From: Zygnema circumcarinatum SAG 698-1b
Taxonomy: Eukaryota > Plantae > Zygnematophyceae
Reading direction: 5' to 3'
Assembly: GCA_037447605.1 (NCBI GenBank)
Contig: CM074809.1
Coordinates: 1,788,689-1,852,688 of the forward strand
Length of the DNA stretch: 64,000 nt
The position numbers were made by a program, and so were the translations under genes. How positions within the stretch are numbered: the stretch's first letter is position 1; the number at the start of each line of letters is the position of its first letter. This document shows, piece by piece, positions 26,053 through 36,900 of this stretch. The notes under the pieces were generated by a model that worked only from the letters and a program-made list of their open reading frames with translations, was not told where the DNA came from and ran no database searches.

Positions 26053-29000
26053 CTATTTTTGCGCGACACTTTGGTACAGGGCATGCTCGTTAATGTAACG
26101 GATCACAGAATCCGGCGTCAAGTATTTGATGGACCGCCCCCTTGAGATGCTCTGCCTGCTCACCTTGCCACAAGGATCAACCACACGTTCAAGATGGTCA
26201 GATTGCTTCAACCATTCACAAGCAGACAGTGTGAGTTGAAGGTTGAGCGTAGGAGCGGCGAAACATAGCATAGCCTTGTTGCTCTGCCCGCCTCTCCCAC
26301 ATCTTCTCCTAACCGCCAAACAATGAACAGTGAAAGCATACTGCACACCTTAGTTTTGAGGAGCTGATATCGTTTGTGATCCATTCGTCCACCACAAGCA
26401 CGCGTTTCTAGATATCATCCTCCCCAAGAAACAGTGTGAGGGAAGTGCAATGTCACTGATGCCCGCAGAGAGGAGACTGCATCCAGAAATTCTAAATGAC
26501 TCAGAATGAAACCAATCACCCCTCCGCCTGCCACATCGCGCCTACAAGGAGCCCATTCAGCACACTTTCCAGTATATGCAACTATTAAGAATCTGAGAAC
26601 AGAACAATAGGGCAACATCGGTGTACAAACTGCTGAAGGACAATTCTTTGTGACCGGATATTGAAGGCTTCTACTCATCTTTAAACAAGAGAACAACTGT
26701 TAGGACTTCTACACCATCAGTCATAAGTCGCCTTTATCTCACTTTGTGCCGCTTTCAAACCAGTGAACTCTCTCTTGAGACGAACGAGTGGAAGCGGAGC
26801 TTACTCTGTGCTCATAAAGGAGGTCGTCATTGTGGATAAAGCGGCGTGCGTTAGCGTCACCACGAGAAATGCAAACGACACCATAGTCTCGGAGAATGGC
26901 TTCAAGCTGCAATGCCAAGCAGAGGCAACCATCAGCTCAAAACAGAGCCAGCTGCTCTCATGGAGCAACAACAAAGTAACAGGATTTGAGGGCTCTGCAA
27001 GGCCCAAAACCCCAGCACTTGCTTGGCCTCCCCAATCCTTGAACTGAGTAATAAAGGATTGTCAATCCAACCCCGTTGCAAAAGAAAAACGCTGGCAACG
27101 AAGGAAAGCTTCACACTCAACGCAGCTCCCATTAAAAATCTCGGTCTACGCAAAATGACAGATGCAACCATACTGCTTCCCTTCCCAAGGATTTCTCCTT
27201 GACATGGCGATCATCGCATAACGGGGAGTCGAGGAATCGATCAAACCTGCTCAGGTAGCCACACTCCTGGCTTAGCAAATGACTCTAGAAGGTCAGCTCC
27301 ACAGACTAGCAGTGGTCGCACCTTCTCTGCACACATGATGTCAGTTCCGTGAAATGTCCAAATCAAATGTCAAAGCATACGGATTGACCAGAAAAAACTA
27401 AATTAATCTGACAATGGAATGTTCCAACATCTATTATCAGCTTTCATATGTGGTGTAACGCAGTAAAAACGTAGTTGCATTTTTCTGTAATGGCTTTAAC
27501 AAACCGCGGGTGGGGCTATAGTGGAGAACCCATAAACACAATATATGCCATAAATCGTAAGGAAGTAGCTTCCCACAAAATCATTACCATCTTTAAGCGC
27601 AGAAGGAGGGTTAAGGGCTGCATCCACTCGCTGCAGGACATAAAGAGACCTCTGATGGTTTTCCTGTTTTGCCTGCGCTACGTCTCCAAACACACACAAA
27701 CACACATGCTTAGCAACATCCAATCCTTCCCTTTAAGAATCTAGCCAAATGAATAAAGACCTTCAGCATTGCTAGTGTGTCCCGTATCATATCTCCAAGC
27801 AGTCCGATTGCTCCAAAACAAGCACGTGCTGTCTATCTTTCATTTCCAAAATCGGTGTTGGTCAGCACCGCTACAACGACACAGTGCTCAATTTACTTGT
27901 CGAAGGAAATGTTGATTTAACAGATGTGTACTAAAATATCTCTCTCACCCTGCCCTTCACATCTCTGTATATGGTTGGCGGCTTGCACACGCTATTCTGC
28001 CAACTGAAAATGGAAACACATCATTGCCGATGATCATTGATCATCGTTTAGCATCCATGTTTGTCGCTGAGACCTAATGCTGTGCGTGAGAGAACCAGCC
28101 CAATGGGTCATATTACAGGTACAGAAGGTCCTCCTTTGCAGTGTTCACATGTTGCACTCCTAAGCTTCGTGCATAGCTTCGTGTTTCTAGTGTCTGTTTG
28201 TGTAATCGTATAGTCTTGATTGAGGCTAGGTCATTCTACCTGTATTACCTTTACAACGAAGTCACACTATTAAAAGAGGGGCTACCTTTCATGACAACAT
28301 TCAATTGACATGCTTCCATGCTTCCTGACTTGCCTTTCAAAGACCTTAAAAAAACCTAAACAAGGAGCCACGAAGGATTAACTGTGCAATCCTGTATGGC
28401 CTAAAAAGTGGCGACCCTCTGAATTTGATGCAAAAAATCGGACCAAAAGACAAGCATGAGCCTTGCACGATGACAGCTCTAAATAGTGCTAGCTGTACCT
28501 CCCAAGAATCCACCATGATAAATGGTGAATCCGCAGTTGCCAATTCGCACATTCGCACTCGATGTTCAGCAGCTGCGAGGCCCTGTGTTCACCCCGGCAG
28601 GACGACAAGTGGAAATTCGACCCATTGAATCAATCGCTGGTCTTGAAGTTAAAAAAAGGAAAAGTGGGGTAGAAGATCTAGCTGATCTAGCTGCTTTATG
28701 GATGAGCATAAACAGGTTGAGATGTCAATATATCCCGTGAAAGTGAGAAAGAATTCTAGTACTCCAATGGGCAGACCAAATTCAGGTCAACTAGGCTCTC
28801 ACAGTAACCATCCTCCCCACCACTTCGTGTCGCAGGTTCTAAAAATCCTTCAATGTAGGCTGAAAGACTGGAAGAATCACTAGACTTTTCTTTCCTCATG
28901 ATAGTCCTTGTCATCGTTCCGTACGTGAATTTATCATCCCTTACATATGCAAGGCACACCTACCGTTTTGCCGTATGCGTCATTCACAGGAGACATGTAG

Positions 29001-30010
29001 CCTCCTACCACCTCATAGCCCTCATCCAGCAGCGCCTCCCGCGCCAGTTCTGCGTTTCAAAGGACTGCCCAGCTTCATGTATCCGTTTGGGGAACAGTAA
29101 TCTGATCTGTTGCTCACTAAAAGTAAACAAATCTGGAAAAGCAGGGAACGTACTCTTTGTCATTCTCATGTTTACGTTAACTCTCGTCCTATGGTGCATT
29201 GGATTTCAACAACAGGATCCTCCTACACCTACAGGAATATGAGGCGCAGAAACACCACAACGAGGCTTCCATAGACTAGAAAAAACCCATAAGAGCAACA
29301 TCTTGCGGCCAAAGGTTTAGAAATCTACAGCACTGACGTAAAATTCTCATCTCTCTTGGAAAGTTAGTGATAGGATTAGGATTGATCGAAATCTGAGCCC
29401 TTGACATCGAATCGAGAAGTCACTTGAGGAGAAACAAGAGGAGTTGGAATCCAGAGGCAGCATGCTCTTGAAGAGAATGCCTACCCAGCATACGCAAATG
29501 CATCATCGTCGGAGGGTTAAAGCTACCACATGCCACGAGCACCACCTGCTCGCTCCTATACGTAGTTCGCCAAACCAAGTTGATAAAAAAATCCAGAACA
29601 TGAAATTCGCATCAGTGTATGCTCTAATGCAAATCGTATGGCAATGATGGCTAACCAGCCAGGCGCCGCAGAAGCAAGCAGGCAAGCAAGCAAGCTTACG
29701 GGGGTCCCTATGAAAACGAACAGAGCCTGTCTCTGATGCAGGTTTCTATAACTGCAATAATCCTGCCCAGCCTACATCCAAAGTATACCCTACTAGCACA
29801 GTTCAAACAGCTTTATCACAGAGATGTACTGCCACAAAGATGCGTATAGCAATACCGCAAAAAAAGTAATGCATTAGTCACGCCAGTAAGAAACTTCTGA
29901 CCTACAACAATCTTCTCCTCCACATGTAAGCAGATAGAGCTTCACCTTGTTTTCATATCAATAGAAAGGTGCTGAAACGAAAGCTTGTCTGTGCGAAGAT
30001 CCGGTTCCAT
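26053..30010 (-). CDS. NMNAT: Nicotinamide/nicotinate mononucleotide adenylyltransferase
   Basis: Exons include 30010-29946 (MEPDLRTDKLSF...), 29555-29485 (VVLVACGSFNPPTMMHLRML), 29049-28964 (GGYMSPVNDAYGK) and 28582-28499. Later exons read LLVCGADLLESFAKPGVW, DYGVVCISR, DISSSKLR and SIKYLTPDSVIRYINEHALY. Confidence 0.95.
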
Positions 30011-30769
30011 CGTTTCTAAGAACCGTCCAATTCAGCCAATGCCATGGTCAGCATTCGTTGATAAAAAGGGTTGTTGCACAATGGAGAGGAATTTGTAGAG
30101 ACTAGAGTGAAGAAGATCGCGGCAACAACACAAATTGCATAATTGGCAAGAATCTCCTTGCTCAAAAGAGATCGACCTATTCACCACCACCTATTCACTA
30201 TCCACCTATTCACTTATTCAACCCTAAAATTGACAAACTAGGCAGGAAGGATTCACCAAAATCATCCAAGCATTAGGAATCACTCGGTACTGGATAAAGC
30301 CAGGGACTACGAAAAATCGCAGAGTCCACGTTATCAATTGCTGTAACCTCTGCATTTCATTAGGCAGACTGAGTGCAATAAAAAATGGGCAGTAAAATGA
30401 GGGCTAACATCGTTTCCGGTCATGAGTTTGTAGTTTTTAGATGATTTGGTTTGAGCTATTCAGACAAAAATCAGCTTTTGGAAGACAGACGATGTCACAC
30501 TGAGCTCAACCTTCCACAAGATAAATAATTTGTTTTAAAAACCCTGGACCTGAATTCCGAGCGCTGGACGTTGATCGGGCCCTATGCTAATGGATAATGT
30601 ATGCATACGATGTAATATGGCCGCGTCTTCCACCGGTAGTTTAACCATTAGGCTTTCTTGAAGAGAGTTGGTTCTTTCCCTTCGCTATTTGATCTCCTTA
30701 AATCCTAATCTCGTCTGCATGTACTCATGTAAACGGCATTCAAGAGGCAATCAACCCCGAATACTGCGC

Positions 30770-31930
30770 GGAATGCAGTCTCAATCAAAATGCCGGGCTT
30801 CCTGCTGGCGATGGGACTGTGTTCGTTGTGTTTGAGGTGATTTGATCGGCCATCTTCTTCGATGCACGCACGGCGGCGAGCGCATTTTGGCTCATAATGT
30901 TGTGCGCGACGCGATTGCTGCTGCAATGGCGGAAGAGGCACCCTACCCTGTGCGCCGCGAGGCGAGGCACATTGTGGCCCCTCGCCCGACTGGTCGGGGC
31001 GAGCGGGGAGTTCGCGTTGACTTGGCCCTCCCTCCCTCGTGGACGCTGCTCGGTGCAGTTTTGGGATGTTGTGTTTGGCCGATCCGACACGTCGCGACTG
31101 ATTGTCGCGTGCAGCGAGCGCACCGTGAAGGCGGGGCTGCTCGCAACAGGGGGAGTCAGACCTTGACCATCGGTTACGAAATTCCCGAATTCCTTTATAC
31201 TAAAAGGTACTCATTTCGATTGCAGAATTCGGGTCGGAAACCGCGGCTCCCCCGAACCTGTCTGTTCCGTCCGTACTACGAAAAGGCCTACGAAAAGGGC
31301 CCCAAATAAGGCGATTAAGCACGCAGTTTGGGCCCTACCCTGCCCCGAACCTGCTCTTTTTACTAAAAATGCCCGCCGTACAACGCTTAATTCGCCCGAC
31401 AGGCTTACGAAATTGATTTGGCGATGGTCAAGGTCTGACTCCCTTCGCAAAAAGAGCGTGCATATGCCTACCGTGACGCGACCGACGAGTTTGTTCCTAC
31501 GGCTGTCGCGATTTGTGGGTGCGTCCACGCCCGTTTGGAGGCCGTCCGTCCTTCCTCCGCCAGTGCGCCCACTGCTCCTTTCAGATGCGCGCACGGCCCC
31601 GGAAACCCTCCTCCGGCGATCGATCCTCGCTACTTTTTATCGACAGCGCATTTCCGTCGCCCTTCAGCGCTGCCTCGCTTCTACGCTTCTTCGGCGTGCT
31701 GCGGTTGCTGGGGACCGTGTTGGTGGACTGCCGCCGCTCCCTCCTCGCGATGTGCCTCACATCGGTGAATTCGCGGTGCTTCTAGGGGCTGCGTTGTTAC
31801 GCCTGGGCGTAACTTTCAGCTCCTAGCTTATTTCTTTTGTGCTTGGGTCCTTTGCGACCAATTCTTCGTGGTTCCCCATCATGTTTTTGTCCATGTACAT
31901 TTGGCCTCGCCATCGTCAGTTCAATGCCCT
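30770..31930 (+). mobile_element. Decayed 3' fragment of a CRE/R2-type non-LTR retrotransposon (zinc knuckle + restriction-like endonuclease + 3' UTR), interrupted by a MITE
   Basis: Frame-shifted peptides CSLC...GHLLRC-THGGERILAHNVVRDAI, RVDLAL, HVATD, GGAAR / KERAY...FVPTAVAICG and ISVALQRCLASTLL follow the CCHC-RHN-PD..D-K..KY..FVP-VALQR order typical of RLE-clade elements. Stops and frameshifts are present. Confidence 0.75.
31149..31445 (+). mobile_element. MITE family 1, copy 1 (~297 bp)
   Basis: Terminal inverted repeats GGGGGAGTCAGACCTTGACCATCG and CGATGGTCAAGGTCTGACTCCC(TT). It splits the retroelement ORF, which resumes on the far side; TCGCAA occurs on both flanks. Confidence 0.85.
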
Positions 31931-32098
31931 TTTCCTTCGCGGATGCTTCTAGGGGTTGCGTTATTGCGCCTAGGCGTAGTTTTTCGCTCTTAGCTTTTAT
32001 CTTTTGCGCTTAGGTCCTTTGCGACCAGTCCCTCGTGGTTCCACATGCTTCTTTAGTTCATGTACATTTGATGGCCTCGGCATCGTGAGTTCAATGCC
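31770..32098 (+). repeat. Tandem pair of a ~160-bp dispersed repeat (3' end of the retroelement)
   Basis: 31770-31929 and 31936-32098 share TTCGCGG..GCTTCTAGGGG.TGCGTT, GGTCCTTTGCGACCA, CGTGGTTCC, CATGTACATTTG and CATCGT.AGTTCAATGCC. Confidence 0.9.
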
Positions 32099-32930
32099 AT
32101 TTTCTTTATCTCCTTTCCTTTCATTCTTGAACTCCTGAAATACAGAGTCCGAGTAGCCTGCTCCACAAGTTTGGTGTTTACACCCCAAAACTGTAATTGG
32201 TCCGATTTCAACTGTTCTATGTCAGGGGGCACAACAAGGGGCATGTCCCCTTCCCGGAAGGGGGGGTGGCATGTGCGCCCAACCCCGTACAAGCCGGCCG
32301 GCCCTCCCGCCCGCCCGCCACACGTGCCTGACCGGCTCCGCCCGCACCCGTCCGCGAACGCGCGCGCATGCGATTGCCACGTGGCCGGCCTGGCTGCGCT
32401 GGCGGTCGCTCAGCAAGCTCGGATCGACACTCATGATTTTCCGACTCTGTTCTGTACGGCGCGCGAATGGCCCCAATCGCGTGGCGAGCAGCTGCGCGCG
32501 CGCGGGCGGGCGGGCGGGCAGCGGGCGGATCGAGGCGGGATTGCGATCCGCGCTTGCGAACGACTACAGTAGTGGGGCAGGCGTCGTACGGGGGAGGTCG
32601 CGCGCTGAGCCTCTCACGCGATCCCAGCGCGTGATCCCCGCCCCGCGGGTCAACCGCCGCCGCGTGCATGATGCCATGCGGCGTAGACTTCCCCGCGACC
32701 TGCTGCCTCGCGATGGCGGGCGACGGGGCGAGGCGGAGCGGGTGGATCCGTGTCGCGGCACGGCGGTTAGCTGCGCTTGCTGCCGGCCGCGGCATCGGAC
32801 GGGGGGGGGGAGGGAGGGTGGGACGCAGCACTCCCCTGCTGCCGATCTGAACTCATCGATCCGATCTGATATGATCTGATCTGACATGTTCGCCCATCCA
32901 TCCGTTCATCCGCTTTGCAATTCGCCAATA

Positions 32931-33085
32931 GGGGTTGTCAGACGTCGCAAAAAGTACGAAAAGCATTACGAAAAAGAAAAGTTACGAGAGTACTCCGCTG
33001 AAGGCGGATCGATATGTCACCGGGATACTCGTTCTGGTGTAGAACGTAGGAACGGACATACTGACGATTTTTAAGTCTGTCGTAC
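32931..33085 (+). mobile_element. MITE family 2, degenerate copy
   Basis: Starts TA-GGGGTTGTCAGAC and shares TTACGAAAAA..GTTAC..AGTACTC and TTAAGTCTG with the copies at 33401 and 59760; the right TIR has decayed. Confidence 0.6.
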
Positions 33086-33177
33086 GACCGTACATGCTGT
33101 TCAGTTTCCATAGTCGTACGGACATTCTAAAAGTGTTTCAAAACTCTGAAACGTTTGGATATTAGACCGTTCTAATA

Positions 33178-33395
33178 GGGGGAGTCAGACCTTGACCATC
33201 GCCAAGTCAATTTCGTAAGCCAGTCGGGCGAATTAAGCATTGGCTAGGTACGCATTTCGGTACGGCTGGGCTCGGCGGAGCCGCGGATCCCGACGCGGAA
33301 TTCGTACACGAAAGACTTTTAATAAGAAATAAGGAATAAGGAATATATAAGAAATTCGGGAATTTTGTAAGCGATGGTCAAGGTCTGACTCCCCC
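33178..33395 (-). mobile_element. MITE family 1, copy 2 (218 bp), inverted relative to copy 1
   Basis: Perfect 25-bp TIR (GGGGGAGTCAGACCTTGACCATCGC / GCGATGGTCAAGGTCTGACTCCCCC) flanked by TA on both sides. Subterminal sequences match the reverse complement of copy 1. Confidence 0.9.
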
Positions 33396-33400
33396 TAAAA

Positions 33401-33537
33401 GGGAGTGTCAGACAACAGAATCTTACGACAAGCGTTACGAAAAAAATGGTTACGAACACAAGGATTGCACTGGAGTACTCGTTCTGGCTCAAAACTTACG
33501 TACACGCACACTTACGTTTCTTAAGTCTGACACGCCC
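33401..33537 (+). mobile_element. MITE family 2 (137 bp)
   Basis: TIR GGGAGTGTCAGAC / GTCTGACACGCCC (12 of 13 match), followed by TAA. Confidence 0.8.
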
Positions 33538-33705
33538 TAATACTGAAATCTAAACTCTAAAAATCCCTTGTACGGGCTTTTCGCCATCCCTCCTCCCTCA
33601 TCCCTCCCTCTCCCCCCCTCCCCCCTCCCCCGGCCCTGCCAGCAGCAGCGCGTCCGCCAATCGCCCTGTGCCCTGGCGCGAGCGAGCACATCGTCAGCCA
33701 CTCCG

Positions 33706-33720
33706 CGCGTGCCACGTGGC
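33706..33720 (+). promoter_or_regulatory. CE3-like CGCGT fused to the palindromic G-box/ABRE GCCACGTGGC, ~275 bp upstream of the bHLH ATG
   Basis: Sequence CGCGTGCCACGTGGC; the identical 15-mer occurs at 44827-44841. Function is inferred from known G-box/ABRE motifs. Confidence 0.55.
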
Positions 33721-33994
33721 CGTCACAGTACCACAGGCGAAGCGTACGGCTGTGAATCTGAACTTTGGTACTGTACTCGGCCTGCCCATTGCCACGGCTG
33801 GCGGACCCTTCCGTACGGTACGAACAGTACGGCCTGGCCCGCCGCGGCGGTGCGTGGAGGGCGTGCGCGGCGCGTGGCGGGCACGCGCGGGGCCGCCACG
33901 GCGGCAGGGAGAGGGCGGCAGGGAGCAGGAGGCATGGCGGGGCGCCATGAGCGCAGGCGCGAGGGGACGGCCCGCAGGGAGGAGAGGGGAGCCC

Positions 33995-36900
33995 ATGGCG
34001 GACTCGCCCTCGCCGCCCTGGCCCCCGCCCATGTACGGGCCGTTCGGCTACGCGGCTGGAGGGCCGGCGAGCGGGGGAGACCTCGACTACGCAGTGCAGG
34101 TTGCGCCCGGGCTGGGAGGGGAAGTGCAGCTGCTGGCAGGAGGGCAGGTTGGGCCTGGGCCGCAGCACCTGGGAGAGAAGGAGTTTATGCCGCGGCAGTT
34201 GGTGCAGCAGCAGACTCAGGAGATGGTGCGCCAGCTGGCAGATCGGAAGCAGGGAGCATCGCTGCAGGCGCTGGCAAGCGGGTCGAGGAAGAGTGGGGAT
34301 CTCTCGCTGGCAGGGCAACAGCAGGTGAGAAGCAAACCTTGGTTCATGGCCATCCGGTAGGGACGCCGTCCAGCGAATGACCGACACAACAAATGCTGTT
34401 CAGTCCCTTGCCCAATGCTCCCCCTATACATTTCCACGCCTGCTGCAAGGTCTATTGCCATACCGTCTAGCCAAAGAAGCCGGCAGGGAAGACACTGCTG
34501 GCCTCCCGTTGGAGTGCCACCGCTTTCTTCAGCAGGAGGGCTGAACAGAATCAGATTTGGAGGAATCTTTTAAGCTGGAGCCTGCCGCAGCCACAGGAGC
34601 GCCATAGGTCTTGACCTCGTAGAGGCTGCGGACTTTCAGCTTTTTGGGAAGGTTGAGTGTATGAATATCCATGGGAAAGCAGCTGCAACTTTCGCAGGCT
34701 AAGGGTCACCTCAGCAATGTAGCAAGCCCTGAGTTTGAACCTGCATGCAGCAGATTGGTGCTCAGTTATTGCTTAAGCTGATTGAATCGCACAAACTGAG
34801 TACTTCATAAAGCTGTCCCTCAATGGCACCAATGAACTTAAGATAGCGATTTCGAAAGGGTTTTTTCAATTTTTTTCCTGTCCCTATGCATTGCCCTTAA
34901 CGAATGACAGTCAGCAAGGCGCGTGATGCATCATGGGAGCTGTCAAGCTTGGAACCCTGTTGCCAGTAATTTCAGTAGTCGATCATCCTTGTCATTTGTG
35001 AGGCACTGCAGTTGATCGATGATCGGTCACTGCAGAAAAGTATATGACTTTAAGAATATGATTTTCAGAAAACATAGTAAGGAGTTCGGACCTGTTGTTT
35101 TGAAACTCTCATCAATAACCAAATCGGGTTTGCTTCCTGTGTCTTTGAATTGCATGATTGTTGTCGGGACGAGCTAAGATGCAGGCCATCTCCACTTCAG
35201 TGCTTTTTCTAGCAATCGCAATTTACATCTCTTTGTTCCGTTCGAGGAACTTTGAGAAGCTTCTGCATAGACAACACTCTTTTCTGCAGCCTCCTAACAG
35301 AGGCACTTCTTATCCTTCCGGTCAAACTCCTTCTTTACAACACACTAGAGAAGAACTGCATATCACTTGGAGGAAACGAAGAAACGAATTGAAATGGAAG
35401 AGTTGGTACAAGTCCTTGGATTTGTCCAGAGAGCAGAAACCTCTATAGCTGGAAGTTTTGTGCCCTTATTATGGAAATGTTGTGCACATGCGACGAAAGT
35501 AGAGAATAGTAATAGTGCAATCTCCTCGAAGGGGAGGAGGGGGATAGGGGGCAGTGCAAGATGTTATCTTACATCACTGGCCTTGTATCTCGTGCAACCA
35601 CTATCCAACCTTCTGAACTATGTCACTTGAGAGAGCTACACCCAATTCCAATCAGTTTCAACCAGAATCTATGGGTCGTGGAGTGAGCTGAGGATTTGAT
35701 GGGAAGGGGTTTGTTTCGCCACGGCATATATCAGCTTGTCACCAATTCGAATTTCCAGGAGAATCCGAATCCAGGCTTAACAAACATAGTAGTGAAGATT
35801 TTTTTGATGGTTTGAAGGAAGTTGAACTTGCGTTGGTGCTATCACGCCGTCAGCTGCTCCTCAGACCATGGCCAGGAAAATCACAAACGTTGTTTTGCAA
35901 TTACGTAGGAATCGGAAGCCCTCTACATTTAGTTAACTTGGCTGGTTATTGCGATCAATATAGATGCGGTAATCTGACGCTTTCAATTGCGGGATGAGAA
36001 GACAGGTGGTTTCTTGAGGCGTTTGTTGGTATTGGCCTGTATTAGATTATTTCATTGCTTGATCACCACCCATGAATACCCTTTGGCACCGCTCGGTTCA
36101 AACTGGACCACTTTAAGTGCAATAGCCTGCATTCCCGCATTAAGTTATTGCTGTCGGAGTGACTGCCCGTCTGCTTTCTGTAGCAATCTGACACTTCTAG
36201 TTCAGGGATGGGGGGTGGAGGAAAGGACCTTTAAGGTCTCAGGCTCTAGCAGGCCTTCAATTAGTGGTGGAGACGGAGACCCTGTGACTGTGCGCAAAGT
36301 ACATAAAGCAGACCGTGAAAAGTTGAGGAGAGATCGCCTGAATGAGCATTTCATTGAGTTGGCGGAAGTGCTTGGTGAGCCTCTGGGCCCATCCGAAGGG
36401 GAAACGTGTTTGCAAGGATGCCAAACGGTTTTTAAAGCAGTACGTGCTGCAGACCAAACATTCGAGAAAGCATGGAACAGTGCATGAGCAGCTTTGCATG
36501 GAGCCCATCATTTGAGATGTGAGAGAACTTGAGATTCTTTGGGAGCTGGTTCAAGCTACAGAAAGTTATCAGTGTTGGCTTTCGACCAGAAAAACCTGGA
36601 TTTCTTGATGTCTATACTAGAATTTGCCTCCAAGTTTTGTCTCACTTCGATCATGTGGTCATGTACATGTGATGTGTCCCATTCGCTAGTTTCTAGGCCA
36701 TATCCTTATCAATCTGCATATTTCAACCGTTGCATTTCTGTGTCTTTGTTCATTTTGGGCACCACCCATCCCTTGTCTTTGTACTAAGTTGTCCATTCTA
36801 GCCCTTGACCTCCTTGTGCCGTTGCAGTAGAACGATAGTTGTTGATGCTGAAAAAAACTTCTGTTCTCCAACGTAATGGTGCTGGTTACAGCTGTTATAC

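Noticed and set aside
26053-30010. NMNAT as a third member of an iron cluster
   Set aside because: It acts on nicotinamide/NAD, not the iron chelator nicotianamine; only the names are similar.
32217-32879. Overlapping ORFs of ~200 aa on both strands
   Set aside because: Stop-codon depletion is explained by extreme GC content; there are no motifs or convincing splice structure.
31149-33395. Composite (Pack-type) transposon bounded by the two family-1 MITEs
   Set aside because: Copy 1 has both of its own TIRs and the retroelement ORF continues across it, so the copies look like independent insertions.
33557-34387. Long ORFs of 276 aa (-) and 270 aa (+) over the bHLH 5' region
   Set aside because: GC-rich, Arg/Ala/Pro/Gly-biased shadow frames with no domain; they overlap the promoter and first exon.
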